From NCBI RefSeq assembly GCF_009914755.1, contig NC_060936.1: a stretch of 64,000 nucleotides of DNA; one strand, given 5' to 3'. Shown piece by piece: positions 1 to 13,391 of the stretch; within the stretch, counting starts at the first letter, position 1, and each line of letters starts with the position of its first letter. Source of the DNA: the human T2T-CHM13v2.0 reference genome, Homo sapiens. Made by a program: the position numbers and the translations under genes. The notes beneath the pieces were generated by a model. It did no database searches. It was not told the DNA's origin and was given only the letters and a program-made list of their open reading frames with translations.

Positions 1-712
1 AAAAAACAACTGTTTAAAAATTACTATTTTGGTCTTATTCACTGGTGACCCCAGCAGCTGCACAGAGGGAGTGTTGTTAACTGTGTGTGGAGTAAGTGAA
101 ACCCAGTGAACCATGTCCTCAGATAACAGACCCAGGTGTAGCTGACAGGGAGGCAGGCACCAACGGAAAGGGGCCCCACTGCCTTCTGGGGCACAGCGAC
201 TCCCCAGGCTTTGACCCAGGCGGGGGTCACACAGGCATAACACATATGAAAAAAATCTTTGAGCCACTCACACATGCTAACAGCGCTTCACACAGCTTGC
301 TACATGCAGGTCATGCCTCAATCTTAAGAAGTCAAACAAACCACATACTAAAAATCTACAGGAAAATAACAGGATGGCAGGGACAGGCTTCAAAATAACC
401 CGGATGTAAGGGGAACTAACGGATGAAGGTCAAGACCAGCTATCAGCTGGTAACAGTTGTACCTAGATAACGAGTACCCGGGGTTCATCATATTATTTTC
501 TGATCTTAGAATTGGTTTGAAATTTTCTCACAATAAAAAGTTTAGGCCAGGCGCTGTGGCTTACACCTGTAATCCCAGCACTTTAGGAGGCTGAGACGGG
601 CAGATCATTTGAGGTCAGGAGTTCAAGACCCACCTGGCCAACACGGCAAAACCCCGTCTCCATGAGAAATACAAAAATTAGACAGGCATGGTGGCGCCTG
701 AAGTCTCAGCTA

Positions 713-875
<163 letters not shown>

Positions 876-1198
876 CTATGGGAGGCCAAGGTGGGAGGAT
901 CACCTGAGCCCAGGAGTTCAAGACCAGCTTGGGCAACCGAGTGAGAACCTGTCTTTACAAAATATAAAAATAAGTAACAAGTTAGTTGGGCATGGTGACA
1001 TGCGCCAGAAGTCCCAAGTACTCGGGAGGCTGAGGCGGGAGAATTGTTTGAGCCTGGAAGGTCAAGGCTGCAGTGAGCCACGATTGTGCCACTGCACTCT
1101 AGCCTGGATGGCAGAGCGAGGCTCCGTCTCAAAAAAATAAAAAATAAAAATAAAAATGACCATCTTGAGCCCAGGCCCAGGCTCCTGGTCCGCTCTCG

Positions 1199-1232
1199 TG
1201 CTGCCCTCTAGTGACTGCACAGGGAACTGCAG
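1199..1232 (-). promoter_or_regulatory. Candidate bipartite CTCF site (upstream module + 5 nt + core)
   Basis: Minus strand CTGCAGTTCC-CTGTG-CAGTCACTAGAGGGCAGCA matches the known extended CTCF motif; no binding data. Confidence 0.65.
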
Positions 1233-1283
1233 CTCCAAACTCCAGCTGAAGGAGGTGCTCCTCCCACTCAGGACCCTGCTCAC

Positions 1284-1415
1284 CTCAGTGAGGTACTCGG
1301 CGTGGTGCTTCGTGGCCACAAACACCACGGTCTGGTCCTGGGGCCGCACCACGTTGTGCAGCAGGTGGAGCAGCACGGCAGCCTTGGTGTCCTCCCGCAC
1401 GAGGAAGAAGGAGGT
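1284..1415 (-). CDS. DDX54: DDX54 exon 10 (TSFFLVRED...[15 protein letters not shown]; motif IV), 132 nt; gene continues beyond the left edge
   Basis: cacAG|ACC acceptor; GAG|GTGAGC donor; cumulative CDS 1068 nt stays in frame. Confidence 0.96.
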
Positions 1416-1518
1416 CTGTGGGGAGAGGGCATCACGTGTTGGCTTACGGGGTCCTGGCCCAGGGCCTGCAGGGCCCACCTGGACACAACCTCCTGGGATG
1501 GGACAGGTGCAGCCTCAC

Positions 1519-1580
1519 CTTCAGCTGCTCGTTGAGCTTGGTATCCACGTCAAGCCGGATGAGCACGGGCTCCGTGAGGC
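1519..1580 (-). CDS. DDX54: DDX54 exon 9 ([21 protein letters not shown]), 62 nt
   Basis: ctgcAG|GC acceptor; AAG|GTGAGG donor. Confidence 0.95.
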
Positions 1581-1679
1581 CTGCAGGAGACATGGGGGAA
1601 AGTGGGGGAGTCGCAGAGGGACTGGCCCCCAGGCCCCAGCCTGACCCCCAGCCCCCATCTCCACCCCCAGCTCACGCAC

Positions 1680-1801
1680 CAGCCCGGGCAAATTCCACCA
1701 GCAGTTTGGGCAGCGTGGCGGAGAACAGCACCGTCTGGTGGCCCCCGGGGAGGCGGGCGATGATCTCCTGCAGCTGCTCTGCGAAACCCATTTCAAAAAG
1801 C
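1680..1801 (-). CDS. DDX54: DDX54 exon 8 (LFEMGF...motif III SAT...EFARA), 122 nt
   Basis: ttccAG|G acceptor; CTG|GTGCGT donor. Confidence 0.95.
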
Positions 1802-2213
1802 CTGGAAGGGTAGAGGGCAGGACTGGGTCAGAGGGGGCCTTCACTCCCTGGAGTTCCAACCGCAGCCATCCTTGTCCCCACAACTTCTGCAGTGTCCCAG
1901 GGCTTGCCTCACTCTAACTCAGCCCACTCACACTTATCACGTGACTTCATCCTAAACAACAATAACCTTGAAATCTGGAATCTGTCTTGGTCATGTTCTT
2001 ACAAACTCATGCTGAAATAAATGACAGCAGCCCAGGCTGGCTGCAGAGGCTCACACCTGTAATCCCAGCACTTTGAGAGGCCAAGGCAGGAGGAGTTCAA
2101 GAACACCCTAGGCGAGATCCCATCTCTACAAAAATAAAAAATTAGCTGGGGCCGGGCGCAGTGGCTCAGGCCTGTAATCCCAAGCACTTTGGGAGGCCAA
2201 GGCGGGCGGATCA

Positions 2214-2602
<389 letters not shown>

Positions 2603-3050
2603 TCAATCAATGATAGCAGTCCCTCCCCACTTCCCCCACATCCCCCTCCCCACTTCCCCCACAACCCCCTCCCCAACTCTGCCAGGGAGGGTTCCAAGTA
2701 CTTTACAAGTATCAAGTCTTCTGGTCCTCACAACACCCCTGTGAGGTACGTGCTACTTTATCCCCATTTTGCAGTTGAAGCAGCCAAGGCCCAGAGATGT
2801 CCAGTGATTGCCCAAATTCACAGAGCTGAAGTCGCAGAGCTAGGACTTGATCCCACTCCTGTCTGGCTCCTGAGTCCATGCTCTCAACTTTGTGCTTTTA
2901 AAAAAATCTCTTTGAAATCCCATGTTAGGGGCCGGGTGCTGTGGCTCCCGCCTGTAATCCCAGCACTTTGGGAGGCCGAGGCGGGTGGATCACCTGAGGT
3001 CAGGAGTTTAAGACCAGCCTGGCCAATATGGTGAAATCCCATCTCTACTA

Positions 3051-3203
<153 letters not shown>

Positions 3204-3483
3204 CTATCTCATAAATAAATAAATAAATAAATAAATCCCATGTTAGATGTCCTATTATTCATTTCAATACTCCTGAAATGCAAAATTATAAATATTGGTC
3301 AGAGAGCCCCAGAGATGAGCTCCAGCACCGCTTATGAGGAGGTCTGCAGCCCACATCTGGGAAGACACTGCTTCGATCTCAGCCACACAGGGCTCTCCTG
3401 GCAGAGCCTTCCTCTGGTTGACCTCTCTGCCTCTGCTTTCCCAGTTCAGACACAAGTGCTCAGGGCTGGACCTGCAGCCTTAC

Positions 3484-3579
3484 CGGTCAGCTTCATCGAA
3501 CACCACGTATTCCACACTCTGCAGCTTCAGGCTCATTTCCACAGCCACATGCACCAACCGTCCGGGCGTGGCAATAATT
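3484..3579 (-). CDS. DDX54: DDX54 exon 7 (motif Ib TPGRL, motif II DEAD), 96 nt
   Basis: IIATPGRL...VVFDEADR; donor CG|GTAAGG. Confidence 0.97.
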
Positions 3580-3695
3580 CTGGAAGAGGGTGCACAGGCC
3601 AGGTGACCCCAGGGCCAGGGCCACCACCACAGTTCTCTTACACCCCCACCACTAGGAAGGGATCTCAGGGAGTCATCCCCAATCCACAAACTCAC

Positions 3696-3737
3696 ATGTC
3701 GGGATTTTCGTGCAGGGCTGCAAACTGGTCTTCCATC
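3696..3737 (-). CDS. DDX54: DDX54 exon 6 ([14 protein letters not shown]), 42 nt
   Basis: ctctAG|G acceptor; AT|GTGAGT donor. Confidence 0.95.
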
Positions 3738-5069
3738 CTAGAGAGGAGAGAAGGGGTTAGCTTGATAGAACAGGTCTCTTTGGTTTCCCTTCCCATAACC
3801 AAATGTCCAGGCAAGGCTGCACACCCCATCCCCAGGAACACAGACCCAAGGCTTGGAACTGAGGAAAGGCCAGTGCTGAGGTATGAGGCAAAGGCATTGC
3901 CCTGACAAGAGATACAAGCTGAAATATGCAAAAGAATGGTAACAACAGAGTTCCTCTGAAGAGATGGGCTCAACTACAGACCTCAATTCACTCCTTCTGT
4001 TGTTCCAGATAGCAACAAAGCTGCCTTCCACCCACAGTGCCCCCAGCAACTAACCCCAGAACTACCAGCCCCAACTAGAACCCAGGTTCCATGGATCTCT
4101 ATCAGCTCCCGTCCTTAAACCCTTTGGGCACAAATCCCTAATTTTAGCCCTCCTCTGCAGCACCCTTGGGATACCTGTAGGAGCCAGGGTAGTCCTGGGC
4201 CAGGACTAGCCCAGGGAGGCCTTTCTGACAATCACAAACTTCAGAAAGAATAAATGACAATGGAGACAAAGGCACTGAAAAGCAAACTCTCCGAGAATCA
4301 AGAGTGTTAATAGCGGCATCCTTAAACTTTCTCCCTTAAAGGGGCTGCCCTTTAAGGGATAAACTGTGAGATAAGGCATGGAATGAGGCAGGAGACTGGA
4401 TTCTGATCCCAGCTCTACTATGGAATCATTGCCAAACTCTAACCTGTCACTTCCTCACTTTGCCCATCTGTAAAACAGACGTGGCACCTACTACCTAGGA
4501 AGGGTGGTAGATGAACAGCAGGAGATACTACATCTTATGAATCTGAGCTATTACAAACATCCCTCGATTCCTGTGCTTTCTGCTTTCTAACAGCCCACAG
4601 CCAGGCGTGGTGGCTTACGCCTGTAATCCCAACACTTTGGGAGGCCAAAGTAGCAGATCACTTGAGCCCAGGAGTTTGAGACCAGCCTGAGTAACATGGC
4701 GAGACCTCATCTCTACAAAAAATACAAAAAATTGGCTGGGCATGGTGGTGCACACCTGTAGTGCCAGCTACTGGGGAGGCTGACGTGGGAGGATCACTTG
4801 AGCCCAGGAGGTTGAGGCTGCTGTTAGCTGTGATTGCGCCACTGTACTCCAGCCAGGGTGACAGAGCGAGACCCTGTCTCAAAATAAACAAACAAAAAAC
4901 AAAAACAAAAACAAGCCCACGATTATGCATTTTAAAATAGATACACCTGTCTGTCCTGTGAGCTGATGACTCTATTTCAGGAGCATCAGAACTTCTGAGT
5001 GGCAGTGCCTCTGTGGGCAATTTATTTTAATGTTTTATCACATGATTTCCCTTGTTGGTTTTTTTCTTA

Positions 5070-5163
5070 AGCCAGTCAAATTTAGCAGTGAGGGGGGTTG
5101 TATACCAACTTTAATGATACTAATGTTGGTAAGTTCTGATAACCTGCTACCACTGGACCAGCC
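5070..5163 (-). pseudogene. Y RNA (hY4-like) retropseudogene in DDX54 intron 5
   Basis: Minus strand GGCTGGTCCAGTGGTAGCAGGTTATCAGAACTT...GTATACAACCCCCCTCACTGCTAAATTTGACTGGCT follows hY4 end to end, followed by an A-rich tail. Confidence 0.92.
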
Positions 5164-5205
5164 TTCTTGGGTTTTTGTTTTGTTTTTTCTTTTTTTTTTT
5201 TTTGA

Positions 5206-5499
<294 letters not shown>

Positions 5500-5620
5500 T
5501 GAATGAGCACAGAAGCTGCTATTATTAATAAGCAACACAGCTTAAATCGAACTAATGTCCTGGAGACACAGAGATGTGCCTGCATGGTGGTGACCCTGGC
5601 ATGGGGTGCAGGGACCTTAC

Positions 5621-5670
5621 CTGTCTCCACCCAGGATCAGGGCAGTCTTGAGGCCAGTGAACTTGCCTAG
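5621..5670 (-). CDS. DDX54: DDX54 exon 5 ([16 protein letters not shown]), 50 nt
   Basis: ctcAG|CTA acceptor; AG|GTAAGG donor; GG doublet typical of DEAD-box proteins. Confidence 0.95.
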
Positions 5671-5786
5671 CTGAGAAGAGAAAGTGATTGAGAGAGGGCA
5701 GGGGTGAGATGACAGCACACTCGTGGCCTCTGTGTCCGGTCCCAAGTCAGCCCTTGCCTCCAGCCTCTAGCCAAGCTCAGACACAC

Positions 5787-5975
5787 CTCCTTAGTGAACT
5801 TCAGGGTCTGCAGGGCCAGCTCTCGGGTCGGCGAGAGGATGAGGGCGCGGGCCCCGGTCTGGGCACTGTGGGTCTTGAGCCGCTCGAACATTGGGAGGAG
5901 GAAGCAGGCTGTCTTGCCACTGCCCGTCCGGGCCATGGCCACCACGTCCTTGCCATCCAAGATCACCGGGATGGT
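5787..5975 (-). CDS. DDX54: DDX54 exon 4 (motif I ARTGSGKT, motif Ia PTRELA), 189 nt
   Basis: Inside ORF 5667..6098; canonical AG/GT boundaries. Confidence 0.97.
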
Positions 5976-6578
5976 CTGGAGAGGCACAAGCAGGGAAGTC
6001 AAGGTCAGCTCCTCCCCAAACACCATGTGATCCAGAGCTTCAAGGCCCTGAGGAGTGGGCATGCTATAGATCTCAGTGAATGGGCAGGCACCCGTCACCC
6101 AGCCCTGAGCCTATTCTTGCCCATTCTTTCAAAAGCCTGTTAGCATGCCTCCAAGGATGAGCGGCTCACTACCCCAACTCTTTCCATTGCTGGAACACCC
6201 TTCTTCGGAGGAGCCAGACTCTACCTCCCGTCTAGTCCTCCTCCTCAGAACCCCAGAGAAATGGCTCCCACTGGGCGAAATGTCTAAGAAGAATAATCAC
6301 AAGCCCTGGGTGATAATATAGGTGGCTGGGAGCTGCCTGAGCTGAGGTTCAGCTGTGGGCAGCCTCCAGGAGGCTCAACTGGCAGAAAGGCCCAGAGTCT
6401 CTGCTCGGCTCGGCCCAACCTTCTCCACCTAGGAAGTGGGCACGCTAGCTGGGGCTTCAGCAGAGTAAAGGGGGCAGGAGATGTGACAGGTGGGACAAGG
6501 GGTGGCTGTCAAGGGGCCAGAGAGGAGGGCCATGTCACTCCTCCCTCGCCCTCACCCGTCGACCGCCCCACCCCTCAC

Positions 6579-6649
6579 CTTCCTCTGGATGGGTGTTGGC
6601 ACCTTGTACCCCTTCTTCATGATGCCTTTGAACACCGGGTAGCTCAGGC
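6579..6649 (-). CDS. DDX54: DDX54 exon 3 ([24 protein letters not shown]; Q motif), 71 nt
   Basis: AG|GCC acceptor, AAG|GTGAGG donor; Q motif GYxxPTPIQ. Confidence 0.96.
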
Positions 6650-7572
6650 CTGGGAGAGACATGAAACGGTCAGGGGGCCGAGGGAGTCCCCACAGCACCA
6701 ACCCCAGAGAACTTTACAGGACAAATGACAGCTTCATCAACAATAAACAGCAAGGGAAAAAAAAAAGCAATAAAGCACAAACTGAAAGGTGAAATGAGAC
6801 TTAGGAGACAGATCTGACTGGGGCACCTGAACCTTATCTGATTTTCTGATGTGAACCCACTCTTGATGTCATGAGACAGCAGGGATCTCTGAACACTAAC
6901 GGGGTCTTAGGTGACACTAAGAAGCTGTGCCTTCGTTTTAGGCGTGGTAAGGTCCTGCGCCTCTTGGAAGTGTGTGTGGACACAATGAGGATGTCTGGAA
7001 TGAACTTCAGAATCACCCGGGTGTGGGGAGGGACTCTTGTCCCTCTTGGTGGTGAGGGCATGGATGGGAGCTCACTTTGTTGCCCAAGCTGGACTTGAAC
7101 TCCTGGCCTCAAGTGATCCTACCTCTGCCTCCCCAAACGCTAAGATTACAGGCATGAGTCATCGCACCCAGCACTCATCTTGATATTTAAATCCTTGCTC
7201 CAGCTGCTACTGATTTGTAAAGAGTAACAGAGTCAGGCTTTATTTCTGGCCAGCCAGGTGTCCCCACACCACCCACCCATTCCATCCTTTCCCTCCTTCT
7301 GAAATGTCCCTCTGCAGGCAATAAGTCCCCGACTGTCTTTGCCTGTTCCTGCATCTGCATTGCCTTTCCTGAGGCCTGTTCTAACTGCCCTCTCCTGTGT
7401 CAGGCCCGCTGCCCCACTAGAAGGCCCTGAATGACTGGAGGACCACATCTGCTACCCCGGTCTACCCAACCACAGTGCTGGGCCCAGAGTGGACATCAGT
7501 GATGGAGTGCAGAGGCGGGGTTGACCTCCAGCTGCCACTCCCGCAGAGTCCCTGATGCCAAGTTGCACCCAC

Positions 7573-7702
7573 CCATGGACTGGAAGCCTCCAGACTTCTT
7601 CTTCTTCTTGTTCTGGGCACGCACCATCTCCCGGGTGTCCGGCTCCACATCCGAGGTGCATTCCGAGGTGGGGAAGGTGGGCAGGGGTCTTCCAGGTCCC
7701 AG
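7573..7702 (-). CDS. DDX54: DDX54 exon 2 ([10 protein letters not shown]...[12 protein letters not shown]), 130 nt
   Basis: Acceptor cctcccAG|CTG; donor ATGG|GTGGGT; frame continuous. Confidence 0.95.
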
Positions 7703-9132
7703 CTGGGAGGGAAGGACAGAGAGGTGGTGTCACTCCAGGCACAGTGGGACCACAGGGGGCAGGGAAGGGGCCTGTGCTGTTGCCCTCTCTCCCCCATTCA
7801 AGCCAATGATGCTTCCGCCAGATCACGTCACTTTTTTGCTAGTAAGTTCTCCTTTGGCTGGGCCAGGACAGAAGTTTAGAGTGGGGTCTGCAGATAGACT
7901 GTCTCGGTTTGAATCTCAATCCCAAAAGTAAGTACATTTTTTTTTTTTTTTTAAGAGACAGGGTCTTACTCTGTCACCCAGGCTGGAGTACAGCAGTGCA
8001 GGCATGGCTCACTGCAGCCTTGAACTCCTAGGCTCAAGTGAGTCTCCCACCTTAGACTTCTGAGTAGCTGGGACTACAGGCGTATACTACCACATCTGGC
8101 TAATTTTTTTATTTTGTATTTATTTTTTTTTTTTTGTAGAGATGAGGTCTTACTGCATTGCCCAGGCTAGTCTTGAATTCCTGGCCTCAAGTATTCCTCC
8201 CTTCTTGGCCTCCCAAAGTGTTGGGATTACAGGCATGAACCACCACACCCAGCCCCTAAATACATTAAAGAGCCAATCGAAATGCCTACTATATGTGAAG
8301 TACTAGACTTTTCCAAGATCTCCCGCCCCCTACCCCCGCCCCATCAGCCGCCAACCAATCTCCTTTCTGATCTCTGGTCTGTCTCATGCCTGGCCTCCTT
8401 TCTGCTCACCCAGGACCCACTTGTCCTGGCACAGCTAAATCCAATCCAGACACCTCCTCTGGGGAACCTTCTTGGACTACAGGGCTGTCCCCTTTCTCTT
8501 AAAAATAGCATTCATGGCCAGGCGTGGTGGCTCACGCCTGTAATCCCAGCACTGGGAGGCTGAGGTGGGTGGATCATTTGAGCCCAGGAGTTCCCAGACT
8601 AGCCTGGGCAACATGGTAAAACCCCATCTTTACCAAAAAAGAAAAAAAAAAAAGCATTTACGGAGCAGCAATTCATAAGAGTGGCTGAAACTTACAAGGT
8701 ATCTACTATAAGCTAGGTGCTGCTCTGAGAATTATACAAATTAACCCACTTAATCCTCACAACAATCTGATGAAGTGGGTACTATTGTTCTGTCCATTTT
8801 ACAGAGAAGAAAACTGAGGCACAGAGATACAGTGACGTGCCCAAGGTCACACAGCCAGCAGGTAGTGGGTGAGGGATGTGAACCCTGGCTTCAGAGACTG
8901 TGTTCTTTTCACTGTGACCCTCTAAGATTAACTACAATCCTCTAGGGCAGAGCCATGGCCTGTCTTGAACAGTCTGTGAGTTTAGAACGGTTTTTACTTT
9001 TTAAAGGGTTGTAGAAAAGAAAAAGAAATCCAACAAAAAAGACAGTGATCTTATATGGCCCAACAAAACCTAAAAAAAAGATTTACCATCTGGCCCTTGA
9101 TAGGTCTGCCAACCCCTGCTCTAGGTACATGA

Positions 9133-9534
<402 letters not shown>

Positions 9535-10596
9535 TGAGACAGAGTTTCACTCAGTCTCCCAGGCTGGAGTGCAGTGGGGCAATCACGGCTCACCTAGCTC
9601 AGGTGATCCTCCCACCTCAGCCTCCCAAGTAGCTGGGACTACAGGCACACACCACCATGCCTGGCTAATTTTTGTATTTTTTGTAGATGCAGTCTCGCCA
9701 TGCATGTTGCCCAGGCTGGTCTCGAACTCCTGGCATCAAGTGATCCTCACTCCTCGGACTCCCAAAGTGCTGGGATTACGGGCATGAGCCACGGCACCGG
9801 GCCAACAACCTTTGAAACATATATAATCATTTACTTGCCTTCTACGGATGTGGAAACGGGCACAGAGAGGTTAAGCAACCTCTCCAATGTCCCACAGCCA
9901 GTGCAAGGTTGGGCCAAATTTGAACACAGGGCAGTGCCGTGAGAAGCCCTTGGTCTGAACTACACTTAGACTCCTCTTCTTTGGTAATAACCACCTCTGC
10001 CCGCCTGTGCTGTTCATTACCTTTAGTAGTTTCTCTACATTTGTTGAGCACCTACTGTGTGCCAGGTACTGGCTAGGCTGGAAGATGAGAGAGGGACAGT
10101 GGGATGAGGTCTCTTCTAGTTCCTGCCTTGGAGTGTGATCCTTTCTCTTCATATAAATGTCCACTTACTCATCTTGCCCTGAGCCTACCTGGTGCCAGGC
10201 ACCCGCTGGGAACAGGACTGTGGGAAATAATGGGCGCAGCCCTTCTGCCCCATTGGTGCTCACACCCATCCCTTCATGTGCATACACATGACATTCAGTA
10301 ATGGAAACGGCACAGGCCTTGGAATCAGACAGTCTCAAGTTTGAATCTCCTGGCTCTTGTACTCACAAGCTGTGAGGTCTTGGTCAAGCTGCTTTCTCTC
10401 TTTTTTTGTAAAGATGGGATCTCCCTTTTTTTTTTTTTTCTTTTTTTGGAGACAGAGTCTTGCTCTGTTGCTTATGATGGAGTGCAGTTGTGTAGCCACA
10501 GCTCACTGTACTCTCCGCCGCCCAGGTTTAAGTGATCCTCCCACATTGCCTCTCCAGGAGGTGGGACCACAGGTGGGCGCCACCAAGCCAGGCTAA

Positions 10597-10848
<252 letters not shown>

Positions 10849-11921
10849 TAAAGTGCTGGGATTACAGGCGTGAGCCACCGCGGCCATCCTAATTTTTTAA
10901 TTTTTTGTAGAGACGGGGTCTGCCTATGTTGCCCAGGCTGATCTTGAACTCCTGACCTCAAGCAATCCTCCCACCTCAGCCTCCCTAAGTGCTGGGTTTA
11001 CAGGCGTGTAGCCACTACACCAGGCCTTTGACTATTTCTTAACCCTCTAGGCCTCAGTTTCCTCCTGTAGAAAAATGAAGATGACAGTTGCTGGTGGTGT
11101 TAGCACAACGTTGGTGTGAGGATTAAATAATAAGGCTCGTACAGCTCTTAGCATGGAGCCTGGCACATAGTAAACGGTCAACAAACACAAACTGGCCGGG
11201 CTCACGCCTGTTAATCCCAACACTTTGGGAAGCAGAAGTGGGAGGACTGCTTGAGGCCAGAAGTTCGAGACCATCCTGGGCAACATAGGGAGACCCCCGT
11301 CTCTACAAAAAATTTAAAAATTATCCGGGCGTGGTGGCGCATGTCTGTGGTCTCAGCTACCGGAGAGGCTGACGTGGGAGGATCGCTTGAGCCCAGGAGG
11401 CGGAGGCTGTAGCAAGGCGTGGCTACACAACTGCACTCCGGCATGAGCAACAGAGCAAGACTCTGTCTCAAAAAAAATTGTTTTAATTCGTTTCCCAGAG
11501 GTTTGGAGGCGTCACACTGTCTCAAGCCACGCAGTCTGGCCTCCCCTTAATTCAACCTCCCAAGAACGCTCCAAACTCTCAAAGTCAGATCTTCTGCACC
11601 CGCACTTTTCATTGGGCGAAAGGGAGCCAGGATCCGCCCCACGAGCAGGAGGCAGCCAATGAGAGACGCGCGACCAAAACCCGGCAGGAAGGCCCGCAGG
11701 CTCCAGCCCCGGGATCCCAAGGCTCTGGCCGCGGAACCCTGAGCCTGACAAGCCCCGAGACACGTGCTCAGGCCGGCGGTCCCAAGACCGGTCCTCGGGT
11801 CGGCAGCCTCCCTCCCCACACTCTGCGGAGCCCAATCCCCAGCTGGGGAAACTGAGGCCTCGAGGCGCTGCCCGGAGCCGGGTCTCGGGCCCGAACATGC
11901 GTCCCAGCCCCACGCGCCTAC

Positions 11922-12095
11922 CTTCCGGGCCCGGGCGTCATCTTCCGCCTGGATCTCAAACTCGCCGTCCTCCGAGTCGCTGCCGCGGGCCTGGGAGGCC
12001 GCGCCTCGGCGCTTCCGGAGCCCTTTCTTCTTCCTCCACTGGGCCATGGCAGCTCGCGACCGAGGTCCAGCCGCCGGGCCCTTGTCGGCCGCCAT
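11922..12095 (-). CDS. DDX54: DDX54 DEAD-box RNA helicase, coding exon 1 (MAADKGP...DARARK, 58 aa)
   Basis: ATG at 12095; basic N-terminus; donor AAG|GTAGGC; joins exon 2 in frame. Confidence 0.97.
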
Positions 12096-12199
12096 TCGGG
12101 CCGCGCGCTGGGAACGCAGAAGGGGGCGTGGCCTGAGGAGCGCACCAACTGCGTGGGGGGGGGGGTAGGTGCGGTGACCACGTGACCTCCGCTGAGCTT

Positions 12200-12666
12200 T
12201 CGCCAGTGCCTGCGGCCCTCGGCGGCCTAGTACACACGCACCTGAGTGAGTGGCACCAGAGGACCCTCTCCATGTTTAGGGACCTCCTGGGCCTCAGGAG
12301 CGTGGCGCCCGCCCCTGGGCGGACTCCCCCCATCCGCGGGCGCGAATGGTCCGGGCCGCGTCCGCAGTGCTGCTGGCTGCTCCCTGGTTGCTGGGTGCAA
12401 AGTGCTGGGTTCTGGGTTTCTGGATTCGCGGGCCGTTCACACGTAGCCTGTGCCGGCTCCTCGGGTGAGTCCGTCCGCGCGCGGTGCCCCGGGACGGCCT
12501 AGGCTGCCGGGGGTCCGGGGCCCCAGGCATTCCGGGCTGCAGATTGACGGGGATCCCGGATGCACCGCGCGCCCCCGCGCCCTCACCGACGGGTCCAGAC
12601 CTGGTGGGAAGAAGGTGCGGGGACGGGTCCCTGAGGATCCCGATGCCTACGAGCCAAGATGCTCAG
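12200..12666 (+). other. RITA1: RITA1 exon 1 (mostly 5' UTR; TSS approximate)
   Basis: Donor CAG|GTAGGA after 12666; an alternative donor-like GG|GTGAGT follows 12464. Confidence 0.7.
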
Positions 12667-12829
12667 GTAGGAGAACAACCCAAAAATGCAGGGACCTCGG
12701 GCACTTTTTAATCGGGTCATTGATTTGGGAGTCGCAGAATGTGGGGCGGTGGGGGCGGCGGTGATCTCCCGATAGCAGTGTAGCCAAGTACACAAGCTCT
12801 GGACTCAGATTTCACTTCCACCGTTTTAG

Positions 12830-12961
12830 CTTTATAGGTGTGACCTACACATGTGACTTCACCTCAGTTTTGTGATCCGTAAAATGGACAAATTCGAAGC
12901 TACTTCACAGTGCTGTTGAGAGGATTAAATGAAACAATGCTTGTAAAGCTCTTTGCAGGAG
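12830..12961 (+). other. RITA1: RITA1 5' UTR cassette exon derived from a MIR SINE (132 nt)
   Basis: Acceptor ccgttttAG|C; donor GAG|GTAGGC; body follows the MIR core (cctcagttt...gtaaaatgg...gaggattaaatga). Confidence 0.7.
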
Positions 12962-13391
12962 GTAGGCATGGGATCCACGCTGGCTGTCATTGCCCCCACC
13001 CCCATCAGTACACATAGGAAAGTGCCTGTCTCCCCTACCACCATAGTGTGTTTTCTGGTTGGTGCCTAAATAGACACAGGTGTCATCTCTCCTTCACCGC
13101 CAGAGTCATTCTGTAAATAATTGCCAGTAGCCCCCCTTTCACCACCATTATGACAACTAAAAAAAAGCCAAAGAAATTTCCAAAATGCCCCCTGAAGTTG
13201 ACAGCTCCCCTTTGAGAGACTGGTTGAGAGAGAACTAAACCCTTGGGATGAGAACTTCAGACACTACCGGTCTTCCTCCATTAGCACTTCTGTGGCTCAG
13301 GGGTGCTACTCTGACCTCCTCTCACAGGGAGCCTCGGAAGCAGGGCCTGGCCGGCAGAGCACACCTGCTGTCACCAGGGACCACAGGCAGC

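Larger units (their letters stand above)
11600..12770. promoter_or_regulatory. CpG island / bidirectional promoter of DDX54 (-) and RITA1 (+)
   Basis: CpG-dense; GC box ggggcgtgg ~12123; G11 run 12155-12165; E-box CACGTG 12179-12184; head-to-head genes. Bounds approximate. Confidence 0.9.

Noticed and set aside
3240-3905. 221-aa ORF on + and similar ORFs opposite DDX54 and IQCD exons
   Set aside because: Antisense shadows of real coding exons with no independent gene signals
13248-13391. Upstream in-frame ATG (MRTSDTTG...) for RITA1
   Set aside because: Lies in the intron upstream of the 13328 acceptor; would need intron retention or another TSS, for which I see no support
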